Positions 1 through 11,510 of a stretch of DNA of 64,000 bases are shown here, one piece after another. Made by a program: the position numbers and the translations under genes. The stretch lies in IMG/VR virus record IMGVR_UViG_3300020120_000082, positions 74,809 to 138,808 of that record, one strand, 5' to 3'. The notes beneath the pieces were generated by a model. That model made no database searches. It saw only the letters and a list, made by a program, of their open reading frames with translations, and was not told the origin of the DNA. How positions within the stretch are numbered: position 1 is the stretch's first letter; each line of letters begins with the position of its first letter. Source of the stretch: a virus (Duplodnaviria; Caudoviricetes).

Positions 1-427
1 GGATGGCACATTGTTTGCAAGTCCTGGCATATCCATCCCGGATCACATTCGAATGCCCAAATTCAAACAGGGATTTATTCTCGTGACAACGGTTGCAGTG
101 CCGCAAGCCTAGTTTGATCAAGTCTGCGTTTCGATTGGGACGATGAGCGCCCAGATTATGAGACAGTGACGCAATTGAGTTTATGCTGTATCCAGTCTGA
201 TCGGCTATCTTGTCAATGCCGACTCCGTCTGAATAAAGACGAGCTACGACTTTCCTGATCGGCAATTTCCTGGCCACATTCAGTGCCCTGCTATTGCCGA
301 TGCGAAGTCGAACCGCTTCCCCGGTAATGCCATAAATATCTGCGATTTGTTTGTTATTCTTGCCCTGGCGGCGAAGTTCAAGCATCTCTTCATCACGCTG
401 CAAGTAATAATCTCTATCTGGTCTCAT
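1..427 (-). CDS. HTH DNA-binding protein with C-terminal Cys motifs (partial, runs off window start)
   Basis: Manual translation MRPDRDYYLQRDEEMLELRRQGKNNKQIADIYGITGEAVRLRI...CNRC...CKQC; ATG overlaps the TAA of the upstream ORF. Confidence 0.7.
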   Translation of the reverse strand, partial: MRPDRDYYLQRDEEMLELRRQGKNNKQIADIYGITGEAVRLRIGNSRALNVARKLPIRKVVARLYSDGVGIDKIADQTGYSINSIASLSHNLGAHRPNRNADLIKLGLRHCNRCHENKSLFEFGHSNVIRDGYARTCKQCAI

Positions 428-652
428 TACCACTCGTTATTGAACCAGCTAAGCGTGGCGTGATAAACACCATCCGACTCGTCGGACATATCCAGGTCCA
501 GGAACGGGTGGCTGTCGTAAGAGTCGTCTGTTTCGCGCCGACGCAGATGAATACAATCCGGACAGTTCGACAGATGGTCTTTCAGGGTTTGCTCGGTGAA
601 TGCCTTGCCACGTTGGCTGCGATAGCGCCCACAGGGAGAACGCAGCGCCGGA

Positions 653-856
653 TTAGTGGTTGTCTTCAGTTTCGGCATCGTCTTTTACCACGGCTTGGGC
701 ATAGCGGTATTCGATATCATCATACTCATCTTTAAAACAAGTCACGCTGACTCCGCCCTGCAATTTCCAGCCATTATCAAGAAATTCCTGTACATCTCTC
801 AATACTTCCGAATAGTTTCCCATGGCCAGATTGTATTGCATCATTTCCAACTCCAT
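653..856 (-). CDS. DUF1737-like small protein
   Basis: VQEFLDNGWKLQGGVSV...YAQAVVK pattern. Confidence 0.6.
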   Translation of the reverse strand: MELEMMQYNLAMGNYSEVLRDVQEFLDNGWKLQGGVSVTCFKDEYDDIEYRYAQAVVKDDAETEDNH

Positions 857-1485
857 GAATGCCAGTAGGAATGTGTCTGATTATCATTGATCCAAATGCC
901 CAGTATGTAGTTGTCAGTATTAGCTTTCCCCAGGCTCTCACCTTTAGGGCCTGAGAATTGGGGGCGCTCAGCCAAAGAGACTATGTGCCGCGGCGGATAT
1001 TCCTGGAATAGCCCCCTGGATCTTCCCTGGGTGTGAGCAAAGTCAGTGGGCAACAGGAAACAGATGATCCCGTTTGGTGCTAGAAAGCTGAACGACTTCC
1101 GGATGAAAGCTTCGGCCCACACAAACGGCGGATTGCCAATCACCAGGTCGGGAGCCATCATGGTTGGCATCCACTTTAGATAGTCGGTGCGCGGGTGCCA
1201 GAAATTGTAGTCAGCAGGCTGGACTTTCTTGCGTAACTCTACGCCAGTCAGAACAAGCCCCTGCTGAAAAGATGGCCCAAAGTGATCACGCACCGCCCCA
1301 CCCCAAACGCCACTTCCGGCTCCTGGATCCAGAACGTACTGGATATAAGTGTGTGGGAAGTGCGTGTGAGTTGTCAGCCAGTTGACAGTTGCCTTGGCCA
1401 ATGATAGGGGTGTCAGATAGGTGTCGTGAGATATACGAGGTCTAAGTTTTCCGATAACGCTTGAGTCTCTAAATATTACTGGCAT
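841..1485 (-). CDS. DNA amino-methyltransferase (N6-adenine type)
   Basis: SAM-binding LDPGAGSG and catalytic GNPPF motifs; N-terminal YLTP. Confidence 0.85.
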   Translation of the reverse strand: MPVIFRDSSVIGKLRPRISHDTYLTPLSLAKATVNWLTTHTHFPHTYIQYVLDPGAGSGVWGGAVRDHFGPSFQQGLVLTGVELRKKVQPADYNFWHPRTDYLKWMPTMMAPDLVIGNPPFVWAEAFIRKSFSFLAPNGIICFLLPTDFAHTQGRSRGLFQEYPPRHIVSLAERPQFSGPKGESLGKANTDNYILGIWINDNQTHSYWHSWSWK

Positions 1486-1681
1486 GTTATATTTTAGTGG
1501 TTCTCGTTGTCGAAATAGTACACCCTGGCAGTCCAGAAATTCTCATCATCCAGAGTGAGCACGACATCGTTGACATGAATAAAGCGACGATAGAGATCGT
1601 CTAGAAATGGACGCATTTCGTTGAATAGATCGCTGACTTTCAGGTGTCCTGCTGAAAAGTATTCGACTTCTAATTTCATCA

Positions 1682-2155
1682 TTAGCCTTTCTTGATCTTG
1701 ACCTCTTTGGGATGTATCGCTCTGCCCTTCTTGGGCTTGCCCTTCTTTTTGCCCTCGCCGGTTTGAGACTTAGTGTCCTTGCTCATCTCGGCTTGAACCT
1801 TGCGTGGAAAGTTGATCTTGTCTTGCTCCCATTGTTCATGCCAGCCCTCCGGCATGACAGGGTGTCGCCAGATATAGGGATCCGGAATTGGCAGGCCCTT
1901 GGCATGCAACATCAGCCCAATAGATGACTGACGGCGCTTGAGTAAGTCGATCTTGTCCTGGTATTCCAGATCTGGAATCCAACCATGCTCGTTATTCTGT
2001 CGGATGATGCTAATCTCCGAGTCCAACCCAAGCCAACGGCATTGTAATGGGTGCAGATCGCCTGGGCGAGCCGCTACCATCACGCTGCCGCTGGTTGGGT
2101 TTAGCATGGGCTCGGAGAAGTATCGATTAAGCGCGTCGATCTTCCCCTGATCCAT
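1682..2155 (-). CDS. Hypothetical protein with basic C-terminal tail
   Basis: 157 aa ORF abutting its neighbours. Confidence 0.65.
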   Translation of the reverse strand: MDQGKIDALNRYFSEPMLNPTSGSVMVAARPGDLHPLQCRWLGLDSEISIIRQNNEHGWIPDLEYQDKIDLLKRRQSSIGLMLHAKGLPIPDPYIWRHPVMPEGWHEQWEQDKINFPRKVQAEMSKDTKSQTGEGKKKGKPKKGRAIHPKEVKIKKG

Positions 2156-2652
2156 TACAGTTCCCAGGAAATGCCTTCCAGAATCGCAACGACTTCATCA
2201 TGCCAGTCTTCGTTTTCATCCAGGTTGCTGATCTCATTGGCAGCTTCTTCGATTGTCTGAACAGTCGACTCGCACATATCGGCCCGCTCCTGCAACATCT
2301 CGCCAGTCGGCCCTTCCTGCAAGCCCTGCGGCATGTTGTCCCGCTTTTCGGTTTGCTCTGCTCCAAGCTGCCTGACTTCATCTGCCAGGGCTTGCAGATC
2401 TCCCTGAATATCATCGATGAAAGTTATCTTTTTCCGCACATCATCGACTAGCGCAATCAGTGTATCTTCCAGGTCATAAGCCTGGGCCTGGAAGTCGCTG
2501 CTGGTGGTTTGGGAGCGCTTGGGCTGCGTCTTGAAATACTGTTTGACAAACCGACCACCCACCTGGTGCGACCATATCCAGTACTGATCGCCAACTTTTA
2601 TACCTGCGGCCTTATTCTCTTTGCGTGCCTTCTTGACGTGAATGACTGTCAC
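2155..2652 (-). CDS. Hypothetical coiled-coil phage protein
   Basis: 165 aa, AGGAG SD, GTG start. Confidence 0.7.
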   Translation of the reverse strand: MTVIHVKKARKENKAAGIKVGDQYWIWSHQVGGRFVKQYFKTQPKRSQTTSSDFQAQAYDLEDTLIALVDDVRKKITFIDDIQGDLQALADEVRQLGAEQTEKRDNMPQGLQEGPTGEMLQERADMCESTVQTIEEAANEISNLDENEDWHDEVVAILEGISWEL

Positions 2653-3501
2653 TCGACCACTCCTGTTGGGTAATTTCTAGTGTATGTTTCCAGTCTCGAA
2701 TTGCCGCACCACCCCCGGTTTGGGAACTGAACCGCCAGCAAGACACCCTGGCATCGACAATTTTGTTTTCCCAGGATTTCTCCAGTGTGTCTTTCTCGTC
2801 CTCATCCATCGATGATATCCTCTGCTGGGCCAGAAACTTGAGCCGGTTGTGGCTTGAAAAACGCCTCCGAGATCAGCGGCAGATCCGCCTTTCTGTAGTG
2901 CATGGCCACTTTCTTGGCCAGCTTGCGATCCGGCAATAGGCTGATGTACTTCAGCGTGATCGGCAATGGCGCTCCGCTCAGGAATTCAACCAGTTCGTTG
3001 ACGCTGCACTTCCTGAGCCGCTGATCCAGGCTGGGATCCACTTTCACATGCTTGGTGTCTGGATCCTCCCAGAAACCCATGGCCAAGTCCCATTTCACTC
3101 TGGTTTTAGGGTCTTCGATCTTGGCTCGTATACCCCAGTATTCAGCATAAGTCAGAGTCGCTGGCATGTTGTAATCTTACACCAATCCGCTCCTTGCAGC
3201 AAACTGATCCATGGCCAATTCATTCTCTTCCAGTGGAACATAATCATCGGGAACATCCTCCCATTCCCACTCATCAATGTCGTCTACCGTTGGAAAACCT
3301 TCCCAATTGAAATACACCTCGACATATTCCGGTCCAAGTGGCTCTCGAAACTGATTGTCGCCAAAGACATTATGCGACTCGGGCAAAATCTTGGAAAGCT
3401 TTTCGACAGCCTCTTCTTTGCTCATGGCCAGCACTCTGGCGCAATAGCCCACTGGCCCATTCGTCGAATTGCCAAGCGAAAAGTGATACGACTTCATGCG
3501 C

Positions 3502-4059
3502 CTAGTCATTGATTAGATCCTTTCCCTTGAATGACCACTGATTGAATTTGACATTCCGCGGCTTATGCTTTTTGGCGTATTCATTCCAGAAGATCCTGAA
3601 TTCCTTATCGATTTCATTCATCTTTCGACTATGCAAACTCCAATCCCAATTGAGTTTCTCGCAAGCATCTGACCAGAGCTTGATCCTTGCTTTCAATTCA
3701 TCTGGGCCGACTAATACAACGCAGACGCCCACGTTTCCATCCGGATACATCACCAGGACATCTTTCTTAAGATCGAAAGTCTCTACAAACTTATCAACGC
3801 CATGCTGGATAGTCTCTTCTTCGGTCAGCCAGCCAAAACAAGTTTCCCCGGCTTTGTGCTTTTCCGAATCCCAACCTAACTTGTTGAGAGTGGCAGCATC
3901 TTTTTTGGAAAGCTTGCCGTACACACTTCTGGTTTCTCTTGCTTGATAATCCTGCTCTCCCTTGCGTTTTGGCCGTTCCCACTTCAGTTCCGCATAATAA
4001 TGTTTGGCACCAATAGCTGATGTGCCAATATAGGACCTGATTTCAAGTTCGACAATCAT
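3502..4059 (-). CDS. Hypothetical protein
   Basis: 185 aa ORF in operon. Confidence 0.7.
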   Translation of the reverse strand: MIVELEIRSYIGTSAIGAKHYYAELKWERPKRKGEQDYQARETRSVYGKLSKKDAATLNKLGWDSEKHKAGETCFGWLTEEETIQHGVDKFVETFDLKKDVLVMYPDGNVGVCVVLVGPDELKARIKLWSDACEKLNWDWSLHSRKMNEIDKEFRIFWNEYAKKHKPRNVKFNQWSFKGKDLIND

Positions 4060-5217
4060 TGATTACTTGCCCTTTACTAATTTGAACCGACGAAATTGTT
4101 CTCTGGCATCAGCCTCCAGGGCCTTCGTCCAGGTTTCTCCGCGATGTTTCATCTTGCTCCAGACCAGGTAATCCGTTTCTCTATTTTCTCGAACCAGAGT
4201 TTCGACGTAGTTCCAATCATCTGACACCTGTTCCCGTATTCGCAGGGCTCCGTGATATTCTTCCAGCGCGAATTTCAAAACGGTTTCTGGAAACATGCCA
4301 GAATTTGATCTAGCGTCGGCCATGCGTAGAATTGCACCAAACCAGTGCGCTTCATAAGCCATCAGCGCGAATTCTTTTTCAGTGGTTGTCTTCTGAATTG
4401 GCATGTTTGGCCTACGCGCACCACTCAACGCTGACAATACTGGTAATGTCCAGCGGCTCTATTTCAATCCACATGGTTTTATTCTTTAGTCTCTTCAGAT
4501 ATTCGATAGAGCGATGCTGTAAGTATGGATTTCCATCGCTCTCGTGGTAATCATGCCCAGCGCACCAACGTAAGCCTGCCAAAAGTCTCTCCTTGGCTTC
4601 GTTTTCGTCAGCCCCATAGACTAATTCGTTCACCGGGATGTAGTGTTCGCCTCGTATCCGGACAATGAATGGTTTCGAATTGCCTGGATCTTTCAGGTCC
4701 GGAAAAACATCTATCCTGGTACTGCCATTGCGCCAGTATGTGATGCTGTGATCTCCAAGATCCTGGATATGCTCACGCTCGGTTATTTTCATTGAACACC
4801 CAGTCGTTATCAGCAATCAGATCCGGCCTAAATTCTTTCAGAACCAACGCCAGAATACGTTTGCCCATATCTATGCACTCTTCCTCGGATGGCCATAAGG
4901 CTGGTGTGAACCCATCCGGTTCCTGGCTGTCATACAGAAAGATCAGGGAAGCGATCTGCTCTTCAACTGAAACCTGATGATCTGGATCAAGCCAGTCTTT
5001 GTAGCTCATGGTTTCCTCATACTTTCTGCTCTGATTTGGAGCACTTCACGCTCAGTAAATCCAGCCCGCTCATTGCGCTCGTCGCACAAACGCCTGGCTA
5101 GTTCCCAGTCTTTGCCCCAGCGCCAATCTGTTTTCCAGTAGCCTGTCTCTCCGCGCTTGGCAATGCAGGGAATGATCTGGCCATCTTCATCAACTGCCGT
5201 TTCCATCACAAAAACAA

Positions 5218-5835
5218 CTAGATCGTTACTTGATGCGTTGTCCATATCTTGATCGCCTTTCTTGCTGACTCGCGGATCTGATTTTTTGTTGGCTCAATGG
5301 TTATCCAGCGCCCAATAACGCAGGACAGCAGGTAGAACCCAACCAGGTGTGGCCAGGGCTTGATGGTGTCCGGTGGTTTGAGAATAGATTTCAGTTCTCC
5401 ATAATCTTTGGCCACGGTCAGCAGATGATCTAGTGGTTTATCAGGATCAAGCTCCAAATACTCCATAACATGCTTAGGCAGTTTCTCAGCCGGTAAGTTG
5501 GCATCTCCGTACTTGCGACCGGTGTTAACAATCAGTCCAGATTTGCTCTCGAAAATCTGGAATGTCCACTTCTCAAAGACTTGCTTGTTTTCTGAGCGAC
5601 TGAAATCTTCAAGCGGATCCTTGCCATTCTCGTAAACCCATTCGGCATATTCCAGCCAGGCCCTATCTTGCTCCTGATCAGTCGGCAAGCTATCCGATAA
5701 AGAAAGCTCCCAATTGCCGTCAGCGTCACATTCCCAGATTTCCCCTTCGGACTCGTCGTAAAGAGACTTGTGCCAGGTATGGCAGTCATCACAGTAGTAC
5801 GGGAGTTCAATGTATTCAGATAGTCCCATTCTCAT
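5218..5835 (-). CDS. Hypothetical protein (N-terminal CxxC)
   Basis: 205 aa ORF in operon. Confidence 0.7.
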   Translation of the reverse strand: MRMGLSEYIELPYYCDDCHTWHKSLYDESEGEIWECDADGNWELSLSDSLPTDQEQDRAWLEYAEWVYENGKDPLEDFSRSENKQVFEKWTFQIFESKSGLIVNTGRKYGDANLPAEKLPKHVMEYLELDPDKPLDHLLTVAKDYGELKSILKPPDTIKPWPHLVGFYLLSCVIGRWITIEPTKNQIRESARKAIKIWTTHQVTI

Positions 5836-6089
5836 GCCTCGATTTCTCTGCGCTCAACCGGCCTACCATCCGAGAATGCTACGATCTGTCCAGTCTTTTT
5901 GCTGACCAATGCGAACTGGGATGTGGAATAGGGTTGCCAGTGGTACAGTTCGTAAAACCTGGCTGCACCCCGCTTGCCTAGCTCAACAAAGTAATCTCTG
6001 CCCTTGAGTTCGAACAGTTTTCTACCGCCTGCGCTGCCCATAGGCCATCTCGAACATTTTCTGTTGATAACTTCCTTCCCAATACGCAT
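5832..6089 (-). CDS. Small basic protein with KGG/general-stress-like motif
   Basis: SAGGRK...GRDYFVELGKRG resembles KGG/GsiB-type repeats. Confidence 0.45.
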   Translation of the reverse strand: MRIGKEVINRKCSRWPMGSAGGRKLFELKGRDYFVELGKRGAARFYELYHWQPYSTSQFALVSKKTGQIVAFSDGRPVERREIEA

Positions 6090-7425
6090 CTACATCCTGA
6101 ACCAAACGCTTTTTACAGATATGACAGTGATACATCTCGTCCTCGTCATAATCCGGATGATCATCATCCCAGGAAAAACAATTACCTCTCCCGTCCGGAC
6201 CGTCACCTAGATAGCCATACCACCCGAATGCATCCGCTTCCGTCTTTGGAAAATCGTCGATGCAAAAATCGAGTGGATCAGACTGGCTGGTGTAAATACG
6301 TGGCATTAGTCAGACACCTCCAGGCGCTTGCGGCTAATCATCTGGTCTCTCGTACTGCCTGATAACCATCTCTCCGCCCTTGATCTCATTTTCCAAGAGC
6401 AAATCCATCATAAAAACATCACGGCCTAGACTGGCCAGATCAATATCACAAATCAAATCATTGACCAATTTCTTGAGAAGCTCTGCTAACTCATCGTCGT
6501 CCACAACGTCGATTTCAATTTCCACACGCAACCTACTCATCTATCCTTCTCCATCCAGATTGTCCATGGCACTCTCAATATCCTTGCGCCAGGCACTTAC
6601 ATCTTCGATGACTTCCAGCAGCTTATCCAGAGTATCGACCATTGCTGGTGTAGGGCTGGCCCAAAATGCGTTCGAGAGCTTCTCGTACTCCGCTCTCAAT
6701 ACGGTTTCAGACTCGATTGCCACGGCAATCGTTTCGTGCCCGCTCTCGCTGATGCTGTCTATAATGCTCATGTTCTACCTCCATGGAATTGCGTATCCAG
6801 CGGAATAACTCGCACCTACCAAGAGTTCCTGCACTTCTTTCCCCCGCTCGAATGTTGAGTACTGGCCAATCTCAACGCTATTGTAGAAATTGCCGTTGTT
6901 GTCCCAGATGTCCATCTTCAAGCGATAGCGATGGCCATTATCAGAATATGGGTGCAGGTTATATTCAACGCGAAACCGATCTGCCATTCTTACTTACCTC
7001 CGCTTCCAGCATGTCGATGATCTCGTCCAGTGGAGCAATGATCCAGGTATTGCGCCAGTTACGTGTGCCCTCGCGAACTTCTTGCGTAAATTTCTCGTTT
7101 TCCTTAGAGAATACGCTGTAACCTGGCCTAGTAAAAGATGCCTTCTTCATTTCCGAATGTTCGCGTATCTGCTTCAACTCATCAAGAATGTGTTTAGTTC
7201 TCACGATTGTCTCTCTCTAAATTCTCCGGGTGAACCGGGATAGTGGACACGTATAGCTGCTGGTTTTCAAAGTCCTCGCCATTTTCAAGCTGAACCAGAT
7301 AGCCGGAGATCATCGCCTGTCTCCATCCACCCTTGGGGCTTCGAACATCTCCTAGCCATCGACCATATCCACAAATTGTTCCGCGGATCCTTCTATTCAC
7401 TATTACTGGTGTATTCAATGGTAGT

Positions 7426-8346
7426 TTACCGGCTGGGAACGCTTTCATTGTAGTTTTTCATCCTGTCTTCTAGTTCGCGCTCGGCGTCATCTGTCCCGTA
7501 GAATCCGTAGCACGAGTCTTCATTGAGCAGATCGCCATTGAAATCATGCTCCTGAATGACAACGCCATAGACGCTGCCATTCATGTATTCGTTATATACT
7601 TTCACGGCTTGCTTGGCCCATTCGACCATCTTCTCCCGGCGTTTCTTACCAGTCAGGCCATTGGCTTCATCCACCCGCAGCACTTTATCCGGCACCCATA
7701 CGGCTGCACCCCAACTCCAGTCGAACATGGCATCGACGCGATAGTCCAATGTGCCGGGAACTTCGTACATCTTGCCGCCATGCTCATAGATGTTTAGGAA
7801 TACAGCATCGGGATCCCCAAAATCACCCCAGGCCTTGTGCTGCTCGATAATCTTGTCCCACTTGCCGCGGTAAGGACGCTTGATATTGCTGCGCTCCGCC
7901 TTGGCCTTGGGATCAATCAAGAGATCTGGCCAGTCTTTATAAGTCTGATTGGGCCAGACCCATTCCACCAGTTCTTGCAGGGCATTGTCGATATCAAACT
8001 TCTGATCGCCATAACGATCTAGTCCAGCCGCTTCGCGGTAAATATCCTGGATATCATTCCGAACTCGACTACCGCGTTCACCAAACTTTCCGAACCCGTC
8101 GCAGTCGCTGGTGGGATCCAGCGGATCTTCGTCGTTTACCAGATATCCGACACGATAGCCAGTGCTTGTTCTGGCTATCTTGATCCCCCCGCCATAATAC
8201 TCACTGGGCTCGTGCGCCAACTCAATTCTGATGGAGTCGCTACTTGGATCACCCGACGCGATGCTTACAAAGTTGTCGATGGTATCCACTTCCCCCTCAA
8301 TTTCGACATAGCGACTAACTCGCTTGTGAACTTTAGAGATTTTCAT
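7426..8346 (-). CDS. Hypothetical phage protein
   Basis: 306 aa, GGAG SD; C-terminal YxxGxVYG...DSCYGFYG motif. Confidence 0.75.
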   Translation of the reverse strand: MKISKVHKRVSRYVEIEGEVDTIDNFVSIASGDPSSDSIRIELAHEPSEYYGGGIKIARTSTGYRVGYLVNDEDPLDPTSDCDGFGKFGERGSRVRNDIQDIYREAAGLDRYGDQKFDIDNALQELVEWVWPNQTYKDWPDLLIDPKAKAERSNIKRPYRGKWDKIIEQHKAWGDFGDPDAVFLNIYEHGGKMYEVPGTLDYRVDAMFDWSWGAAVWVPDKVLRVDEANGLTGKKRREKMVEWAKQAVKVYNEYMNGSVYGVVIQEHDFNGDLLNEDSCYGFYGTDDAERELEDRMKNYNESVPSR

Positions 8347-8677
8347 TTACATTCTCCGTGAAGAAACTTCTAGACAAGATCCAGGTCAAACGATCCGTCA
8401 TCGTTATTCCAGACTGTCAAAAGATAATCCGCTGGATATTCTTCTTGGGATGAAAACTTGATGCTTTCGACACTAAATCTTCCAGCCGGTAAACCGTACA
8501 TGTCTTGTGCTTCTTGAATCTCTTTGACAAGTTGGATGATCAGGCCCTTGTCGAACCTTACGGGATGTCTTTTGGAATGATCCCAATCTTCACTCAGGTA
8601 TCTGGTGAATTGAACTGTAATGCAATATTCATCTTGCAATCTGCTTGCAATAAAATCGTACTGCTCATCAGAAATTG

Positions 8678-8917
8678 TCATTTGGTCTCCGTTTCTGGCT
8701 TGTACGCATCTTCAATAACCTGCGCAATTTCTTCATCGAATTCAACATCCGCTCTTGGATGTTCCCAATGAGCAGCAAATTCAGGAATGGAGTCGTCATC
8801 GTGATCGATAATCAAAACATCGATCAAGCGACCGGCTCCACGCGCTGTCCATTGCACCACGCCACCGTCGATGTAGATAACAACGGTATTCTCTGGCAAT
8901 TCTTTTGCAGTTATCAT
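8678..8917 (-). CDS. Small acidic protein, paralog of 8918..9142
   Basis: VVIYIDGGVVQ...LIIDHD. Confidence 0.65.
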   Translation of the reverse strand: MITAKELPENTVVIYIDGGVVQWTARGAGRLIDVLIIDHDDDSIPEFAAHWEHPRADVEFDEEIAQVIEDAYKPETETK

Positions 8918-9142
8918 TTAGTAAGCCTGTTCTCCCCAAACAACCCTGCCCCACTGCACCCCATCTTCTTCGAAATATGTAATCTCGGCGTCGGGATGAA
9001 CATCCAGGTCCAAAATCAGTGGCTCAATGCCGTTTGGCGACTGAGTATCCTGAACCACTCCGCCCTTGACTTCGATAATGACAGTCACATTCGGATCAAA
9101 TACGTATTCGCTATCGTCGTCTTCGATCTCTTCTGGTTCCAT
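8918..9142 (-). CDS. Small acidic protein, paralog of 8678..8917
   Basis: VIIEVKGGVVQ...LILDLD. Confidence 0.65.
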   Translation of the reverse strand: MEPEEIEDDDSEYVFDPNVTVIIEVKGGVVQDTQSPNGIEPLILDLDVHPDAEITYFEEDGVQWGRVVWGEQAY

Positions 9143-10210
9143 TTTCTATTCTTCCTCGGTCTCTTTCAGAATTTGGATCAAGTAATCGGGGTGAATTTCC
9201 TCGATCACTGCTTCTAATTCCACGATGTAAAACCTTTCGTCTTCGCCCTCGAAAACAACTCGGCCAAACACGTTGCTGCCGAATAGTTCTGGAGAGTCCA
9301 TCAATCCACCAGCCCATTCCATAAGCCTGTCTGTGTTGGTAATAATCAGACGGTCACCCGCTGTCAAAAAACCGTGATCAATCCAGCGCTTGATCTTCAT
9401 TCATGGTCCTCGAAATCATCCTCATCTTCCTGGTTGTACACAAACACCCAGGCCATTACATATGCGCCATATTCTGCGCCCTTGGAAACCATGGCGTTAT
9501 CGTCAATTTCGACATGGCCGTAGTCCATAATTTCATCTCTGGCTCTATTCACATACAGCAAATCATCCTGGTCAGCGTACTCAGACTCGACCTGGATGGC
9601 AAACTCAATGTCTTCGCGAACCTTCGGCGGTAGATAGGCATTGGGTAGCTGCTCAGCCATCCACCGAATCGTTTCTCGGTTCAGATGTGTCCAGATCACG
9701 CATTCCTGGCGATCTTTGATCTTCACATCAAATGGCATCTTCTTCCTCCACCCCCGTACCATCGTCGCGTAGTTGGAAGAACTCCGGTTGACTGCCCGCA
9801 GCGTACAACGCATTAGCCATTTCCTTGCCGGTCAGAATTTCATCTTTGCTAATGTCCCAGGTTCCAACATACCCACCCTCCATACACTCTCGCCAAATAT
9901 CATCCAGATCTGCTCCAAAATAAAACTGCTCTTCTGTCAAAACGGTCATAGTGATTGTATAACGGTGAAGCTCAGCCATTGACTTCACTCTCTTTCTTGA
10001 TCTGCTCTACCAGGAACGTTTCCAGCCTGCCCCGGATTCCATTCTCTCGGCCTGGATCTAGCCACCAGAAAGATGACGGAACTAATAAGCTATGTAAATC
10101 TTCCAAAAATTCACACAGCAAAGCAATCTGGGACTCCTCGTTCCAACCCGCATTCCAAGCAGCATCTCGAATGATATCTTCTACCCATTGCACATCAGAA
10201 GAACGATCGT

Positions 10211-10594
10211 TCATTTGTCATCTCCGTTATTCGCGACCACTTCCGGATCGACATCTTCTTCGGTCTCTTCTTCTTCCGACTCTTCTTCCTCGTCAATCTC
10301 ATCCTGGATTTCATTCCAGGCTTCGCGCAATGCTTCTTCAACTGCTTCCCTGACAACAGCCTGCAACACACCATGGGCTGTGCCATCTGTCTCAAAATCT
10401 GGGACAGTAGTAGCCAGCCAATAGTTATCGACTGCCAGTTGCATCAGATCGCTGACATAGTTCGGAACAGATGAGTCGGCAATCTCGGAAATCTGATCAC
10501 CAGGTGCATAACCTGGATTATCTTTGGCCCACTCCTTGAGTTCAGCAATGGCGTCTTCGACAATGGTGTACATCTCGCCACTGTAGCTGGTCAT
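10211..10594 (-). CDS. ocr: Ocr-like (T7 gp0.3-like) DNA-mimic anti-restriction protein
   Basis: ISEIADSSVPNYVSDLMQL and VLQAVVREA align with T7 Ocr IHMAADNAVPHYYADIFSV and ILQARIYEQ (recalled); very acidic tail; alternative start at 10606. Confidence 0.75.
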   Translation of the reverse strand: MTSYSGEMYTIVEDAIAELKEWAKDNPGYAPGDQISEIADSSVPNYVSDLMQLAVDNYWLATTVPDFETDGTAHGVLQAVVREAVEEALREAWNEIQDEIDEEEESEEEETEEDVDPEVVANNGDDK

Positions 10595-10730
10595 TCCGCG
10601 GCCCATCCTTTCACTATGAACATGTCGTATCCCTGTTCGATCAGTGCAACCAGAATGCGCTCGACCAGCTTGGCATCTTCAACTTCCAGCGTGATCTTGC
10701 GATTGTTCGCATTGCTCGCAGTAATGTAGA

Positions 10731-11018
10731 TCATTTCTTTTCCTCCAGATGGTGCCGCTTGAGCATGGCGGATACTTTCTTTTCAAACTCATCCTGTTTC
10801 AACCGTCCGAATTTGTTGCCACCATCTATATAATTCAAATGCTTGCCGGTAGTAGTGGACCAATGGTTTTCGCTAACCACCAGCCCATCATGGAAATCTT
10901 GATAGGCAATCAGCGTTTTGTAGCTGAAGAATAGGGAGAGATCTCCAATGCCAACCTCGACTGCGTTATTGGTTGCACCGAATTGATCGACAAAGACCTT
11001 GCCTGCGCCACTTGTCAT
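10731..11018 (-). CDS. Conserved phage early protein
   Basis: LFFSYKTLIA...WSTTTGKHLN motif recurrent in phage early proteins. Confidence 0.65.
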   Translation of the reverse strand: MTSGAGKVFVDQFGATNNAVEVGIGDLSLFFSYKTLIAYQDFHDGLVVSENHWSTTTGKHLNYIDGGNKFGRLKQDEFEKKVSAMLKRHHLEEKK

Positions 11019-11254
11019 TTATTTTCTCCATGTTCGACCATGTCCGAAAATGGACCTTCAGACATCTCAATTAATCCAACTAATCTGTAACTGTCTTGCC
11101 ATTGCATGTGACAGTTGTTGCAATCAACTACGCACCAAACGTAATCACCATCTGCATCCATTGTTCCCCCTTCAATCTCCCTTGAGCCACAATAGGGACA
11201 GATTGTTCCGCCTTGACGAACATAATCCTTGATTTGTTCACCGGATAGAGTCAT
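11015..11254 (-). CDS. Zinc-ribbon protein
   Basis: CPYC...CNNC. Confidence 0.65.
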   Translation of the reverse strand: MTLSGEQIKDYVRQGGTICPYCGSREIEGGTMDADGDYVWCVVDCNNCHMQWQDSYRLVGLIEMSEGPFSDMVEHGENK

Positions 11255-11510
11255 GGTCTGGCATACTCGCTTTCTTCAAAGAAGATGGTGACTTCAAACA
11301 AAAGGTGATCCCATTCTTTAGGATCTCCAAAGAGATTGATGTCACTGGAGATGGCGATCATGCCTTTGGTTTCTTCTGGGTATCGCCCAGCAATCTCCTC
11401 CTCAGCCAGATCTGAAAGCTTTTCGTTCAGACTGTCGTTGTTAAGCCTCCAGTCCATAGCGTCTCGAAACAGGAAAATAGCAACGGATTTGAATCTTCGC
11501 GGTTCCATGT

